DNA of 62,973 bases, counting the filler, from Thraustochytrium aureum (lineage: Eukaryota), in NCBI GenBank assembly GCA_012862495.1. It is 5 parts of 3 records of this genome, joined end to end, with 100 filler letters (N's around TTAATTAATTAA, not from the genome) between each part and the next. Parts side by side here need not be neighbours in the genome. Positions count along the whole stretch, not along the records: positions 1 to 21,126 come from BLSG01000276.1; 4 more parts are not named here. The stretch is one strand, 5' to 3'. Under the pieces are notes generated by a model that did no database searches, had not been told where the DNA came from, and worked only from the letters and a program-made list of their open reading frames with translations. Shown here in pieces: positions 1 through 11,249 of this stretch (position 1 is the first letter of the stretch; the number at the start of each line of letters is the position of its first letter). The position numbers and the translations under genes were made by a program.

Positions 1-1
1 G

Positions 2-1700
2 GAGGTGCTGCTTGAGGGGTTTCTGACCGAGGCGGTCGATCGGGAAGAGCATGGGCCGCCACACGTGGAAGAGGCAGTACTTTGTGCTGGACGATCGCAG
101 GTCACTGGCGTACTATGACCCGGGGCCGTCAGGGCAGGGCACGCTTCGGGGGCAGTTTCTGCTCACCGAGGATACCACGGTGGGCGTCTCGCAGGTGCGC
201 GACTTTTGCATCGAGGTGCAGACGCCCTTCGCCCTCCTCGTCGTCCAAGCAGACAGCGATCGAAAGCGGACCATGTGGCTCGACAGCCTGCGCATCGTCG
301 TCAAAGAGGCCAAGATGAACAACTCCCGGGAAGAGCGCAGTAACAAGCTGCAGGACATGCGGCGCAAAGCGCGCGAGATGCGGCAGCCGCAAAACCTCGG
401 CGAGACCGGCCGAGGCACGCACACGTTCAAAGCGGGCGGGTCGACCTTTGAGGTCGACACACGCTATACCTTGATCAACGTGATCGGGCAGGGCGCCTAC
501 GGGGTAGTCGTCGCGGCGCACGACGCTGTGACGGGCCACCAGGTTGCAATCAAGCGGATCCGCGGCGTCTTTGACAACATCATCGACGGAAAGCGGATCC
601 TGCGCGAGGTCAAGCTCCTGCGCTTTCTCAACCACAAAAACATCAGCCACATCATCGACCTGATGCGACCGGCCCCCGTGCCCGGCTCCTCGGTCAAGAA
701 GTTTGACGACGTCTACATCGTGCTCGACAAGATGGACACAGACCTCAACCGAGTCATCTACTCGGAGCAAAAGCTCAGCAACGCGCACGTGCAGTTCTTG
801 ATGTTCCAGCTCCTCTGCGCGGTGCACTACTGCGCGACGGCCAACGTGATCCACCGCGACCTCAAACCTTCAAACATTCTCGTCAACTCGGCTTGCGAGC
901 TGCGCGTCATTGACTTTGGCCTCGCGCGCGGACTGCAGGCCTCGTCCGACGAGCTCACAACGTACGTTGTCACGCGCTGGTACCGCGCGCCGGAGCTCAT
1001 CCTCGCCTGCGACCACTATTCGAGCGCGATCGACATGTGGTCTGTGGGTTGCATCTTTGCCGAGCTCATCGCCCGCCGCCCGCTCTTTGCCGGCGAGGAC
1101 TTTTTGCACCAGCTAAAGCTCATCTGCCAAGTGCTCGGGTCGCCGTCGAACGAGGACTTGGCGTTTATGAGCGAAGGCAGCGCCAACCGCTACCTGCGCG
1201 ACATGGAGTACCAGCCACGAAAGCCGTGGCGCGAGGTCAAGGGCCTGGAGCACGCCTCGGACGAGGCGCTCGACCTCCTTGACAAGATGCTCACCTTTTC
1301 CCCCAAACAGCGCATCACGGCCTTCAACGCGCTCAAGCACCCGTACCTGAAGACGTACCACAAACAGCCAATCAAGTCGGCCCCGGAGCCGTTCGACATC
1401 GAGGCGATCGAGCGCATGAATCTCACTCGCAAGCAGCTGCGCGAGGCCATGATCGAGGAGATTCGCTACTATCGCGGAGACTCGTACGAGCGCGTTGCTG
1501 CTGCGGCGTCTGGTGCTCCCACCGCAACAACAGCAGCAGGAGCACCTGATCCAGCCTCGGGTCAAGGCGCTGCTTCGAGCGGGCAACTCCGCGGGGGCGA
1601 CGCTGCTGCCCCGGTGCCAGCACCAACGGGCAGTGGCGCCGCCGCAGCTCCGTCCTCAGCCACGGCAGCGCCGCCGAAAGCACCACCCGTAGAAGAGTAG
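2..1700 (+). CDS. PH domain-containing MAP kinase (5' partial)
   Basis: Kinase motifs IGQGAYGVV, VAIKRI, HRDLKPSN, DFGLAR, TTYVVTRWYRAPE. N-terminal PH-like segment (WKRQYFVL...W). EVLLEGFLT at 2-28 is one base out of frame with RRSIGKSM, so the gene likely starts upstream of the window. Confidence 0.93.
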
Positions 1701-1827
1701 CGATTCCCACCCCCCTCCGTCGAGGAGGACTGTATTGAACCAAAGTAAAAGCATCTGCCCGACAATTGACTCCCGTGCTCGAAGTTAGCCAATGTGTACT
1801 TGCAACCCGAGCGAGGCGCGGGGGTGT

Positions 1828-3717
1828 CTACGGACCATCTGGGTTGGGCACGTCAGGCTGCACTGCCACCATGCGAATGCGGCTCAGAAACGCATCCAGC
1901 TTGTCCAGGTCAAAGTCAGCGCCTCCGTTCTCAAGGCAGCTGGCCGTTCCAGCGGCGAGGCCTTTCGCAAAGGCCAGGTGCGCCGCCAGCCCTGCCAGCA
2001 TGTTGGCAAGAGTTACAGCTCCGACAGTGTCCCCAGCGCCAATCGGATTGACGAGCTCGCCTGCAGCCAGCCGCGGGAGGTGATACTCCCAATAGGTCGG
2101 CATACCCGCGCGCTGAAAGGCAAACGCACGGCCCGGGCCGTCAGTTACGAGGATTGTGTCAAGGCGCTCGATCGTGCGAAACAGCTGAGAAGCGGCGGCA
2201 GCCACGTCAAGAGCGCCCTGCGAGACATCCAGATTCCTGGACTCTGCGCCGCGCTCGGCGAGCGAGAGGGCTTCAGCGCGATTCACCTTGAGAATCGAGA
2301 CAGCACCGAGTGCCGTGTCCACGCCTTTGTACCCATCGAGCCAAACGACATGGCCGGACTTGGCAGCAGCGCGCGCAACTCGCACGTACAAGTCCTCTGC
2401 CCCAGGCGGCATTGTGCCGCACAGCGCAATCGCGCGCGTCTCCTCTCGGCCCAGCTCGTCAAAGACAGCATCGATCATTTCTTCTACAGCTTGGGCAGGC
2501 ACCGACTCGCTCGGCTCGACTATCTCGGTTGCAGTCTGTGCTGCTTCCTCGACGAGCGTTGTGCAGACGCGTGTCTCGACGCCTGGCGTGTTCACGGTGA
2601 ACTGCGAGACGCATCCGCTTTCCCCGGAGCTGGACTCTGCGAGGCCCGACGATTCCAGCAACGCCTTGACGCGCGCGCCGTTTGGTCCGCCGAGGAACTG
2701 GAACAGAGTTGCCCGCAGCCAGTCTGACTTGGAGAATCCAATGTACCGGTTGAGAGCGCGGGCAAACTGCTGGCCCTTTCCGCCGACGCTAATAGCCAAG
2801 CTAGACGCGCGGTTGACGTTGTCGCGCTCCCACCTGCTCTCGAAGGTGAGGGTCTTCTGCAGCGCGGGGTTCGGTCCCAGAATGAGCAAGCGGGACGTAC
2901 GCTCGCGAGCTGGTAGCAAGGCTTCGCCAGCCGCTCGGCCGGACGACGCGACAGTTCGCGCCTCGACGTGGAAATCGCCCGATGCTTGTGACCCCAAGCG
3001 CACGTGGATGATGGGCTTTTGGCCCCGCGCCAAGGCAGCCGCCATGTTTTTTTGGATGCGAGCGATGTTTGGTGCATCCGTGCGTGCAAAGTGCGCGCGG
3101 GCGTCCTCCTCCGACACGCCGCAGCGCACCTTGCGGTCTACGAGGCGACGCTCAAGCAGGGCGTGGTCTGACTGGTCCAAGAGTACTAGCATGTCGAACG
3201 CCCCGCAGACGTCGCTCCATCCGGGCTCGTCAACCTCGCACAAGTGAATCCCCTCGACGACGACGGCCCTGGCCTTGTCCGTGACTCGCACTGCAGCCTT
3301 GCGCGGCTCGTGGACGTTCCGGTCGTACACAGGGAGGTCGAGCATGTCGCCGCTCCTGAGCTTGGACAGGTCCGCGGCGAGCGCCGCCGCGTCGATGGTG
3401 CAAGGGTGGCCCTTGATACTGCGAAGCCCGGCTTGGTCGAGCTGCGCGTTTGGTAGATGATATGCGTCCATGCCGAGGACTGCGACTTGGTCGAGTCCGC
3501 CGACCTGCTCCAGCTCGCGCTGCACGAGCGCTGCCAGAGTGCTCTTGCCCGCGCCGGGCGGCCCGCACACGCCGAGCATCACGCGGCGTGGCCGCTCCGC
3601 GCTCGTGGCTGCGACTAGCTGCAGCACCTTGCTGGCCACTGCCTTGACAACGCGCTCCGCAAAGTCTCGCCCGACCCGCACGGCGTGCTTCTGGCCGTCC
3701 ACGAGCAGTTCCTCCAT
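1828..3717 (-). CDS. Fusion of a P-loop kinase (uridine/pantothenate kinase-like, YggC/Yfh7 type) and a PfkB-family carbohydrate kinase
   Basis: N-half: GPPGAGKST, MDAYH, PVYDR, VEG. C-half: NPALQKT, GGKG, NPIGAGD. One uninterrupted 629-aa ORF. Confidence 0.88.
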   Translation of the reverse strand: MEELLVDGQKHAVRVGRDFAERVVKAVASKVLQLVAATSAERPRRVMLGVCGPPGAGKSTLAALVQRELEQVGGLDQVAVLGMDAYHLPNAQLDQAGLRSIKGHPCTIDAAALAADLSKLRSGDMLDLPVYDRNVHEPRKAAVRVTDKARAVVVEGIHLCEVDEPGWSDVCGAFDMLVLLDQSDHALLERRLVDRKVRCGVSEEDARAHFARTDAPNIARIQKNMAAALARGQKPIIHVRLGSQASGDFHVEARTVASSGRAAGEALLPARERTSRLLILGPNPALQKTLTFESRWERDNVNRASSLAISVGGKGQQFARALNRYIGFSKSDWLRATLFQFLGGPNGARVKALLESSGLAESSSGESGCVSQFTVNTPGVETRVCTTLVEEAAQTATEIVEPSESVPAQAVEEMIDAVFDELGREETRAIALCGTMPPGAEDLYVRVARAAAKSGHVVWLDGYKGVDTALGAVSILKVNRAEALSLAERGAESRNLDVSQGALDVAAAASQLFRTIERLDTILVTDGPGRAFAFQRAGMPTYWEYHLPRLAAGELVNPIGAGDTVGAVTLANMLAGLAAHLAFAKGLAAGTASCLENGGADFDLDKLDAFLSRIRMVAVQPDVPNPDGP

Positions 3718-4197
3718 GGCGCTGCTCGCCCCGCTCGTAGCCCGCCGCTGCCCTTGCCCGCCTCTGCGGCGCGGCTCCTACGAGCAGAAGGCCGGGCCTC
3801 AACCAGTGCAGGCAGCGAGCGCTCTGCACGGCGGCGCAACACGAGGGACTGCTACACGAGGTGGTCAGGGCAACGGGGAACTGGCGGTCGAGGGGGAAGC
3901 GAGACCGGGGACGGCGTCAAGAAGAAGAAGAAGAAGGAGGAGAAGAAGCCAACGAGGCATTGCTCATTGCTTGGCACTGCAGAGTAGAGTAAGTACTCTA
4001 GAGTACTCTGCGTTGTGCACCGGTTCGAGCCAGGGCCTTGCACTAACTCTACCTACTATACTACTCTACACCCGGCCCGAGCAAGGATGATAGAACGCAC
4101 TGCATCGCTTTGGCAGGTGCTCGCTCGCTCGAGTAGTCGGGCCCACCGAAAACATGAGCACAAGGCAAACAAGCGACGTGCGACGCGGAAGCAAAGC

Positions 4198-5676
4198 TCA
4201 CAGCTCGTCGCTCGACAAAGCCGGAGAAACGGCTGCCAACGCAGAAGTCTTGTCCTTTGACCACTCCTTGAAGTCCCGCGACTTGAGGAATCGGTAGAAC
4301 GAGTCGTTCTGCAGCAGAGCCTTCACCTCCGCCTGGGCCTCGTCAAAGACATCGCGCGGCGGCGGCGCCCCCGGAGAAGCCGCCGCCAGCCGCGCTAGCG
4401 TGTTGCGCTTGCAAGTGTACGAGACGTTGACTTCGAGCAAGCTGCCGTCCCGCAGATACGTGGACGCCACTGCAGCCGCCTCGGCCGCGACCTCGTCGTC
4501 TGCACTTAGCTCGTAGTTGTCGTGAAAGTGCTGGACCGCCTCAAAAAAGTAGTAATTCTCGAGGCTGAACTCGGAGCGCAAGTACTGCACCAACGCGTGG
4601 CGGCCCGAGGGCGAAGCGAGCACCTGGTCCAGGGTCAGCGTGTCAGCGTTGACGTGCGCTGGGCGCCTTTTGTACGTCCGGATCACCTGCGCTGGGCACT
4701 GCACCGTGTGGATGCCCAGGATCCCCAGCGACGTGATGAAGAGCCATTCAAATTTGCCTTCCTCGCGCACGTTGCCCGGGTCGATCCAGGAAAACAGAAT
4801 CCCGGCTACCACCAAACTGGAGCATAGCAGGACGGTCTGCAGCTCCTTGACGATCCGAAGCGGGTCCGGCTCGTTGCGGACTTTGAAGAGCATCAAGAGC
4901 CCCACGAGCGCGACGACGGTGACGATCGCGGCAAACACGATCGAGTCGCTCACGCTGAGCTGGCACCCGGTGCACCCGTTCCCAAACGACGGGTCGCGAG
5001 CATACTTGGCGGCGACTGAAGCCAGCGTGAGCAGCATGAAAGCCGCAAGAACGACATAGCCGTAGAATTTGGTGGTCAAAAGGTGCATCGCAATGCCCAC
5101 GGACTCGCGCCGCCAGTCCATCGAGCCCTGGCCGTGCTTGGTTGTCTCTAACGACGTCGACCCGAGCGGCCCCGCGGTTTTCAGCGGCCGCCTGCCTGCT
5201 CGCTTAGCGTCGCACCCGTGGCATATGTAGAGGCGAGCGAGAAGGGCGATTGAGCGGCACGGCGAGAGCGCCTTGAGCCACTCGGACCGGAAACCCAGGT
5301 CGCTCTCGTACACGAGCATCCTGTTGAAGCGGGCCGCGTTGTGAAAGAGCACAAGCCGAACCGCGACGGGGCCGGCAGCCAACGGGATGATCAGAAACGT
5401 GATCCACAAGTAAAAGTCGCACGAAATCGAGTTGCGCCCCAAGAATGTCGAGAGCCCGGTTATCATGAGTTGCAGCCAGCCCCCGAACGCGCTCAGTGCC
5501 ATGAACGTTGTCGACCGTTTGCGCAGCAGGAACCGCTGCCTGCGCAGCACCCACCACACGAGCGTGCCGACATAGTACAGCGTCCCGCCAACGAACAAGG
5601 CAAGTCCGGCTGTGCGCGTTGTCTGAGTAAACTCGGTCAGGTCGCCGGTGTTGCGGCACTGCTCGGAGTGGTTCAT
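4198..5676 (-). CDS. 7TM-RGS protein (multi-pass membrane domain plus regulator of G-protein signalling domain)
   Basis: About seven hydrophobic segments, then an RGS signature: YLRSEFSLENYYFFEAV, LEVNVS, VFDEAQAEV, DSFYRFLKS. Confidence 0.9.
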   Translation of the reverse strand: MNHSEQCRNTGDLTEFTQTTRTAGLALFVGGTLYYVGTLVWWVLRRQRFLLRKRSTTFMALSAFGGWLQLMITGLSTFLGRNSISCDFYLWITFLIIPLAAGPVAVRLVLFHNAARFNRMLVYESDLGFRSEWLKALSPCRSIALLARLYICHGCDAKRAGRRPLKTAGPLGSTSLETTKHGQGSMDWRRESVGIAMHLLTTKFYGYVVLAAFMLLTLASVAAKYARDPSFGNGCTGCQLSVSDSIVFAAIVTVVALVGLLMLFKVRNEPDPLRIVKELQTVLLCSSLVVAGILFSWIDPGNVREEGKFEWLFITSLGILGIHTVQCPAQVIRTYKRRPAHVNADTLTLDQVLASPSGRHALVQYLRSEFSLENYYFFEAVQHFHDNYELSADDEVAAEAAAVASTYLRDGSLLEVNVSYTCKRNTLARLAAASPGAPPPRDVFDEAQAEVKALLQNDSFYRFLKSRDFKEWSKDKTSALAAVSPALSSDEL

Positions 5677-6617
5677 CGTGCTCGCGCCGTCAAGCGCAGC
5701 TCGTTCGCCGACGCCTCTCGAGCCTGCTTGCGTGCAGATCAGCGCGAAGTGATTCGGGTCTGTTGTAAACCTACCTACGACTTGCTTCGTGCTAGCTCTA
5801 GCTAGTAAAGGGTCCTGCCCTGGCCCGTTTCGTTGGAAGGCAAGGTGAAGAGCAGAGCACGCGCCGCCGGTAGATGCCAGTGGTTGTACCAGCTATCTGG
5901 CTTTCGCTCTTGACTCCGGGCGCCTCACACGCGAAGCAGCGCCAGCGGTTTCCGAGGCGAGCGCGACACGGGCTCCCGCGTTTGACTCTCTCACTCTCGA
6001 GGCCACCGTGGTCCTGCCAGTGCTCGCCAGATCTCGGCTCGAGGCTCAACGTTGCTCTTGCCGTCGGCGCTGGCGACGCGACAGAATCGGTCTACATCTA
6101 CATACCCACTGGCAGCGCTCGGACCAAGCAAGACTTGTCCTTCATCATCACGCGCGAGAGCACGCTCGGTGCCCACTGGCCAGCTTGCGCAACAACAAGC
6201 AGGTTAGTAGTATAGGTAGGGTATGTACCCACACGAAGGGCGTAAGTCAACCGCGAGCCCGAAACACGCTTTCACATTTCAAACCTCAAGTTTACCGTGC
6301 GTGCCCGTGCGTGATTCTGCATCTTTGACGAGCGTCTCCAAGTCGGCAAGGCGTGTCGCGCGACATCACAAGAAAAAATTGCAAACGCTGCGCGTGACGC
6401 TCGCGACCGCACACCGCCGGTTCGTCGAAACCGCCGCGCACCTCACTCTGTGTCAACGGATTCCTCAGCAACGGCTCGAGGATTGTGCTCGTCGTCCTGC
6501 TGGAGTCGCCTCGCCGCCCCGCGTTCAATGCGACGTCGGCAGCAGCAAAGACGACCTTGAGCGCCTCGGCGATGTTGATGCCAAAGCGTTGATACCATCG
6601 AAATGGTCGCGTCCGGG

Positions 6618-8281
6618 ATGGCAGCTGAAGTCGGCGGTGCTGGCNNNNNNNNNNNNNNNNNNNNNNNNNNNNNNNNNNNNNNNNNNNNNNNNNNNNNNNN
6701 NNNNNNNNNNNNNNNNNNNNNNNNNNNNNNNNNNNNNNNNNNNNNNNNNNCGGAGTAGGCGAAGATGCACCTCGCGAAGGCGAAAGGGGGCGCGAGGGGG
6801 GTGCGGAGTCGCTGCGCGCGTCGTGGGCGAGCGCGGCATGGCTCACGCTAAGCGTGCTGGCGAGCAGTTTGGTGGGGACTCTGTCGATACTCTTCGCGGT
6901 TGTGCCCTGGCGCTACGCACAACTCCCAGACTTGTTGTTCTGGCGCTTGATCGATATGGAGAAGAGAGAGCCCGTCTTGATGCCGCCCATCAAAGACGTC
7001 GGCTCAGCCTCGGCGCCGAATTGGTTGATGGAGAGCCTTATTGCGGTGTTCTTCCCCACCAGCCTGGTCCTGTGGCTCAACCCAACCAAGAGGCAAGTAC
7101 TCGCTATCCTTGTGGGTGTAGTGGCGGTGTACGCGTGCTCGTTTGCAATTAGGCAAATCGCACCAGTGGCAGAGATGAGCACTCCCGTATTCACGCTTGT
7201 TCTCCTCGTGCCTGTTCTTCTGGTATCCTTGGTTTTCAAGCTCGTTCTCCCACATGCACGAACCCTGCGGCTGACGCACCTGCTGTTTTCCCAGATCAGC
7301 ATCCTTTTCCTTGGGGCCGTCTTTATCATGGTTTTGCGCGCACTACCACCAGGCCATTGGCAAAGTCAACTGTTCACTTCGTGCGTGGCCTTTCCCGTCG
7401 GCAGAGAGCTCGGTTACGCGCTGGCTCGGAGCAGCTGCAAGTGGAGGACAATTCGCGAGCTCGAGTCCGGCGAGGAGAGCCCGCGGACGTGGACTCTGTT
7501 TTTGTGGACGCAGGTGGTAATGTCGTGCCTGGCGCGCCAGCTTATCAGCAACGTCGACGACCAACTCGTGCTTCTGTTTATCATCGTTTTCCAAAGCGTT
7601 CTCGAGCTAGCTCTGCGGCTCTCGATCAGCTGGCGGGACAAAACACTCGATCAACTCTTCGCCTTTGTGCGAAGGGCTGCGTTTGCTGGACACCGCGTGG
7701 TGCCGTTGTCGGCGAGCGAGACGCCAGACCTCGCTGCGCGGAGCGAGCAGCGAAAGGAGGCGACGCGCCAGTTCGTGGCGATGATTATTCTCGGGGAGAT
7801 GGCCAGCGAGTTTGTGGCTATCATCATGGTCACTGCCTCGCTCATCATCTTTCAGGGAGCCAAGCTTCAGTTTCCAGTCCAGTACTACAACAGCATGGAC
7901 GACCCATTCAACGAGAGCATTGACACCACGAACCTGCTGCTCTGGACAGCGCTGCAGCTCTTGTCCGAGCTACTAGTCGACAGCTTGTGCGTCATGCACG
8001 AGAGGCGGAAAGGCTTCCCCCTGAAATCCGTGTGGAAGAAACGCCACTGGGGCTGGGCGTTTGCATTCTTCTTGGCAACGAGTTTTGCTCTTGGCAACGT
8101 TTCCATGTTCATCGTGTCGCAGGACGACATGCGCGCGTGCTCGTTCCAACCAAACGCGACCGACATGTGCGAGTGTGTCGAGACGGCCAAAGGCGGCCTC
8201 ACACCAGGCGGTCTGCGCGAGCGGTATTGCAAGCACCTTTACCCGCCAGATGGGGTGCCTCCGCAGTGGTTTGCGGAGTGA
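6618..8281 (+). CDS. Uncharacterised polytopic membrane protein
   Basis: Frame is open from the gap edge (6752) to the stop at 8281, with about 10 hydrophobic segments and a Cys-containing tail. Candidate ATG at 6618 lies before the gap, so the start is inferred. Confidence 0.7.
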
Positions 8282-8832
8282 ATCTTCTGTTCTGAATGAT
8301 ATATATTTCATGCTGCGCCCCTCTCACAACGAAGTGGTGAAACAAATTCATCCTTTCACANNNNNNNNNNNNNNNNNNNNNNNNNNNNNNNNNNNNNNNN
8401 NNNNNNNNNNNNNNNNNNNNNNNNNNNNNNNNNNNNNNNNNNNNNNNNNNNNNNNNNNNNNNNNNNNNNNNNNNNNNNNNNNNNNNNNNNNNNNNNNNNN
8501 NNNNNNNNNNNNNNNNNNNNNNNNNNNNNNNNNNNNNNNNNNNNNNNNNNNNNNNNNNNNNNNNNNNNNNNNNNNNNNNNNNNNNNNNNNNNNNNNNNNN
8601 NNNNNNNNNNNNNNNNNNNNNNNNNNNNNNNNNNNNNNNNNNNNNCTTTTCCTTTTTCCTCCTTTTACTCCTCAGAGCCAGGGAATCAGGGCCTGTGCGT
8701 GGCGCCGCCATTCGGCCGGCGCGCGGCTCACCAAGGGGATTTACTTTTTCAGGGCTGAATCTGTCCAGGCTCACGGGTTCGACGGGAATCTATCTGTCTA
8801 CCGGTATCGGGTCTCGTTTTTCGTTCTGCTAT

Positions 8833-8925
8833 CCATCTCGTCAGACCAACGCATCAGACGCCATCTCGTCAGACCAACGCATCAGACCAACGCATCAGAC
8901 CAACGCATCAGACCAACTCATCAGA
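8833..8925. repeat. Tandem 13-nt repeat (TCAGACCAACGCA)
   Basis: About 5-6 copies visible, ending at the NDH-2 stop codon. Confidence 0.85.
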
Positions 8926-10559
8926 AACGGGAGATGTCGCGGCCAAGCACGAGGGACTTGAACCAGTACATCGGGATGAGCAGACGGTTGGTCCACGAGT
9001 TTTGCTTGAGGAAATAGGCCGAGCGCCACATAAAGTAGGACAAAACACCGTGCACAAAGCCCAGGTTGTGCGGCTTGTCCGGCTGGCCCACTGCCGTGAG
9101 ATCAACCGCGCCTTGAAAGCCGCCGAAGGTAACCAGAGAGCCAATGGAGTAGTACTTGAACGGCGACGTCATCGAGCGGCGCATCTCCTCGGGGGGCTTG
9201 GAGAGGCCCACGCCCGCCGGCGCCGCGTTGAAGGCCTTGGCCAGGTAGCGCGCTTGTTGGGCGGCGGCCTGCGCCAACGGCGCGAGCGGCTCCTTGAGGT
9301 TGATTGCACAGTCCCCCATGGCGAAGATGCGGTTGTCGCAGTCCGGGTGATCGATCTGCAAAAAGTCATTGACCACAATGCGGTTACCAGGGCCCTTGAC
9401 CATCTCAGGCGCGTTCTCCACAAAGCGGACCTGGCGCAGGCCGGCGCTCCACACCATCATCCCCGTCGCCAACGTGGTCCCATCCGAGAGGTGCGTCACC
9501 TTGGTCTTCGGGTCAAACGACTCGACAGCTACCCCAAGGTGAATGTGGATGTTGCGCTTCTCGAACCGCTTCTGCACGACGTCCGAAATCGTTGGGTCGA
9601 ACGAGCCCAGCAAGCGAGGGGCGCGCTCCACAATGTGGATCGAGATGTGTGGCACCAGGTCGGGGTACCACTTGCTCACATCTACGGTAATAAAGTCGTG
9701 CAGCTCGCCCACCAGCTCGCAATTCGTTGGCCCGCCGCCGACAACGATGAACCGGAGCAGGCGGTCGCGCTCCTCCGGCTCGGTCAGGTGGATCGCTGCC
9801 CGCTCAAAGCACTCGAGGATGCGGTTTCGGATCTGCCGAGCGTGGTACAGGTGCTTGAGGAAGAAAACCTCCTTGCCTTCGCGCTCCTCGATGCCCGGCG
9901 TGTTGAACGTGTTTGTTTTCGCTCCGCAGGCTAGCAAAAGAAAGTCGTACTCGACCTGGAACTGCTCGGCGTTGAAGATGTCTTCGCACGTCACGCGCCG
10001 CTCAACCATGTCCACGCCTGTGGCTTTGGCTTGGTAGTAGGCGTTGAGCCCCTTCACGGTGCGGATGGGTTCTTGGATTGCGCGGAACTCGAGTGTGCCC
10101 ACCACGCTGCTCGGCAGCAGGGGCGTGAACAAAAAGTCTGCCCAAGGTCAACAAGCAAAGGCTTCGCGTCAGAGTGCCGCCAGAAGCGTGCGAGCACACG
10201 CGGCGCGACCGCGCTGGCTGTCACTTACGGTTCGACGGGCTGATCACCTGCACGTCATACTTCTTTTTGTCGATGTAGGACAGAAAGCTGTACCCGCCCC
10301 ACCCGCTGCCAACAACCACGATACGGGGCCGCACCTGACTCAGCCCCTTCGACGACACCACGCGCATCGGCCGTCTGAGGGCTGCGTTCTTGTCCTTGCT
10401 CGAAACGAACGCACCGGCTTCGCCTTCGCCGTGCGTCGAGCTCAGCATTCTGCGCAACGCCGAGCGCCACGAGGGCGGTGCAGGCTTGGCCAGCACTTGG
10501 CCCTGCCGGCCTGCGAGCGCGCAGACTGCCACTGGCAGCGCGCCCGTCCGGTGCCACAT
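8921..10559 (-). CDS. Type II (alternative) NADH:ubiquinone oxidoreductase, mitochondrial; two exons (10559-10229 and 10137-8921)
   Basis: VVVGSGWGG, second Rossmann motif VVGGGPTNCE, FAMGD, AQAAAQQARYLA, C-terminal LGRDISRF. Splicing restores SPSNHFLFTPLLPS. N-terminus resembles a mitochondrial presequence. Confidence 0.95.
10138..10228 (-). other. 91-nt spliceosomal intron
   Basis: GTAAGT donor at 10228 and CAG acceptor ending at 10138; removal gives the in-frame conserved N-H-F-L-F-T-P motif. Confidence 0.9.
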
Positions 10560-10605
10560 GGCCACCAGCTGCGCTTTCCCCCGTCGACAATTCGTCTCGA
10601 ACTAT

Positions 10606-10690
10606 CTGGCTGGCTGCTCGGCTGCCTGGCCGGCTGCCTGGCTGCCTGGCTGCCTGGCTGCCTGGTTGGTTGGCTGGTTGGCTGGCTGGC
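10606..10690. repeat. GGCT/GCCT/GGTT tetranucleotide microsatellite
   Basis: Directly visible, just upstream of the NDH-2 ATG. Confidence 0.85.
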
Positions 10691-11249
10691 TTTCAAACTT
10701 GCCGGCTCTGTCTGGTCTGTCGGTCGCTGTGTCCCTGCTTGTTCACGTGATGGAATCGACCACGAATCCGACAAGTGAAAAAAATCCACAGGCAAAGAAA
10801 GCATCCTCACGACGGCCGGCATCCGTGCGGCACAGGCCTTCGCCCATTCGCTGCTGCGCCGCGGTCTGCGCCGGGGCCTGCGCCGGGTCCGAGCCGCGAT
10901 GAAATAGCGAACTCACAGTGCGAGCGAGCGCCAGTGCGCTGCTGCCGAGTGCGGTGCGGGTGCGAGCGAGACATGTTCATGCAATGTGACGCCTGTTCAG
11001 TAGCCGTGAGGATAGTACGAGGGAGGATGGAGTCTGGCGCGGAAAGGGGAGAACACGGAATTCGGAGGACGAGCAAACGCCCAAGTTTTGCACAAGGCGC
11101 TGGCGGAGTTGGCGCGCGGGCAGGACGGCCGAGGGAAGCGCGTTTAGTGCGTGGATAGCGCGCGGGTACTGCGTGGAGGAGAGCGGCTGCAAGAGTACGT
11201 GGCACGAGGGCGCAGGCGCGCAAGGAGCGGAGCCGCTCGGGTGGGGGGG

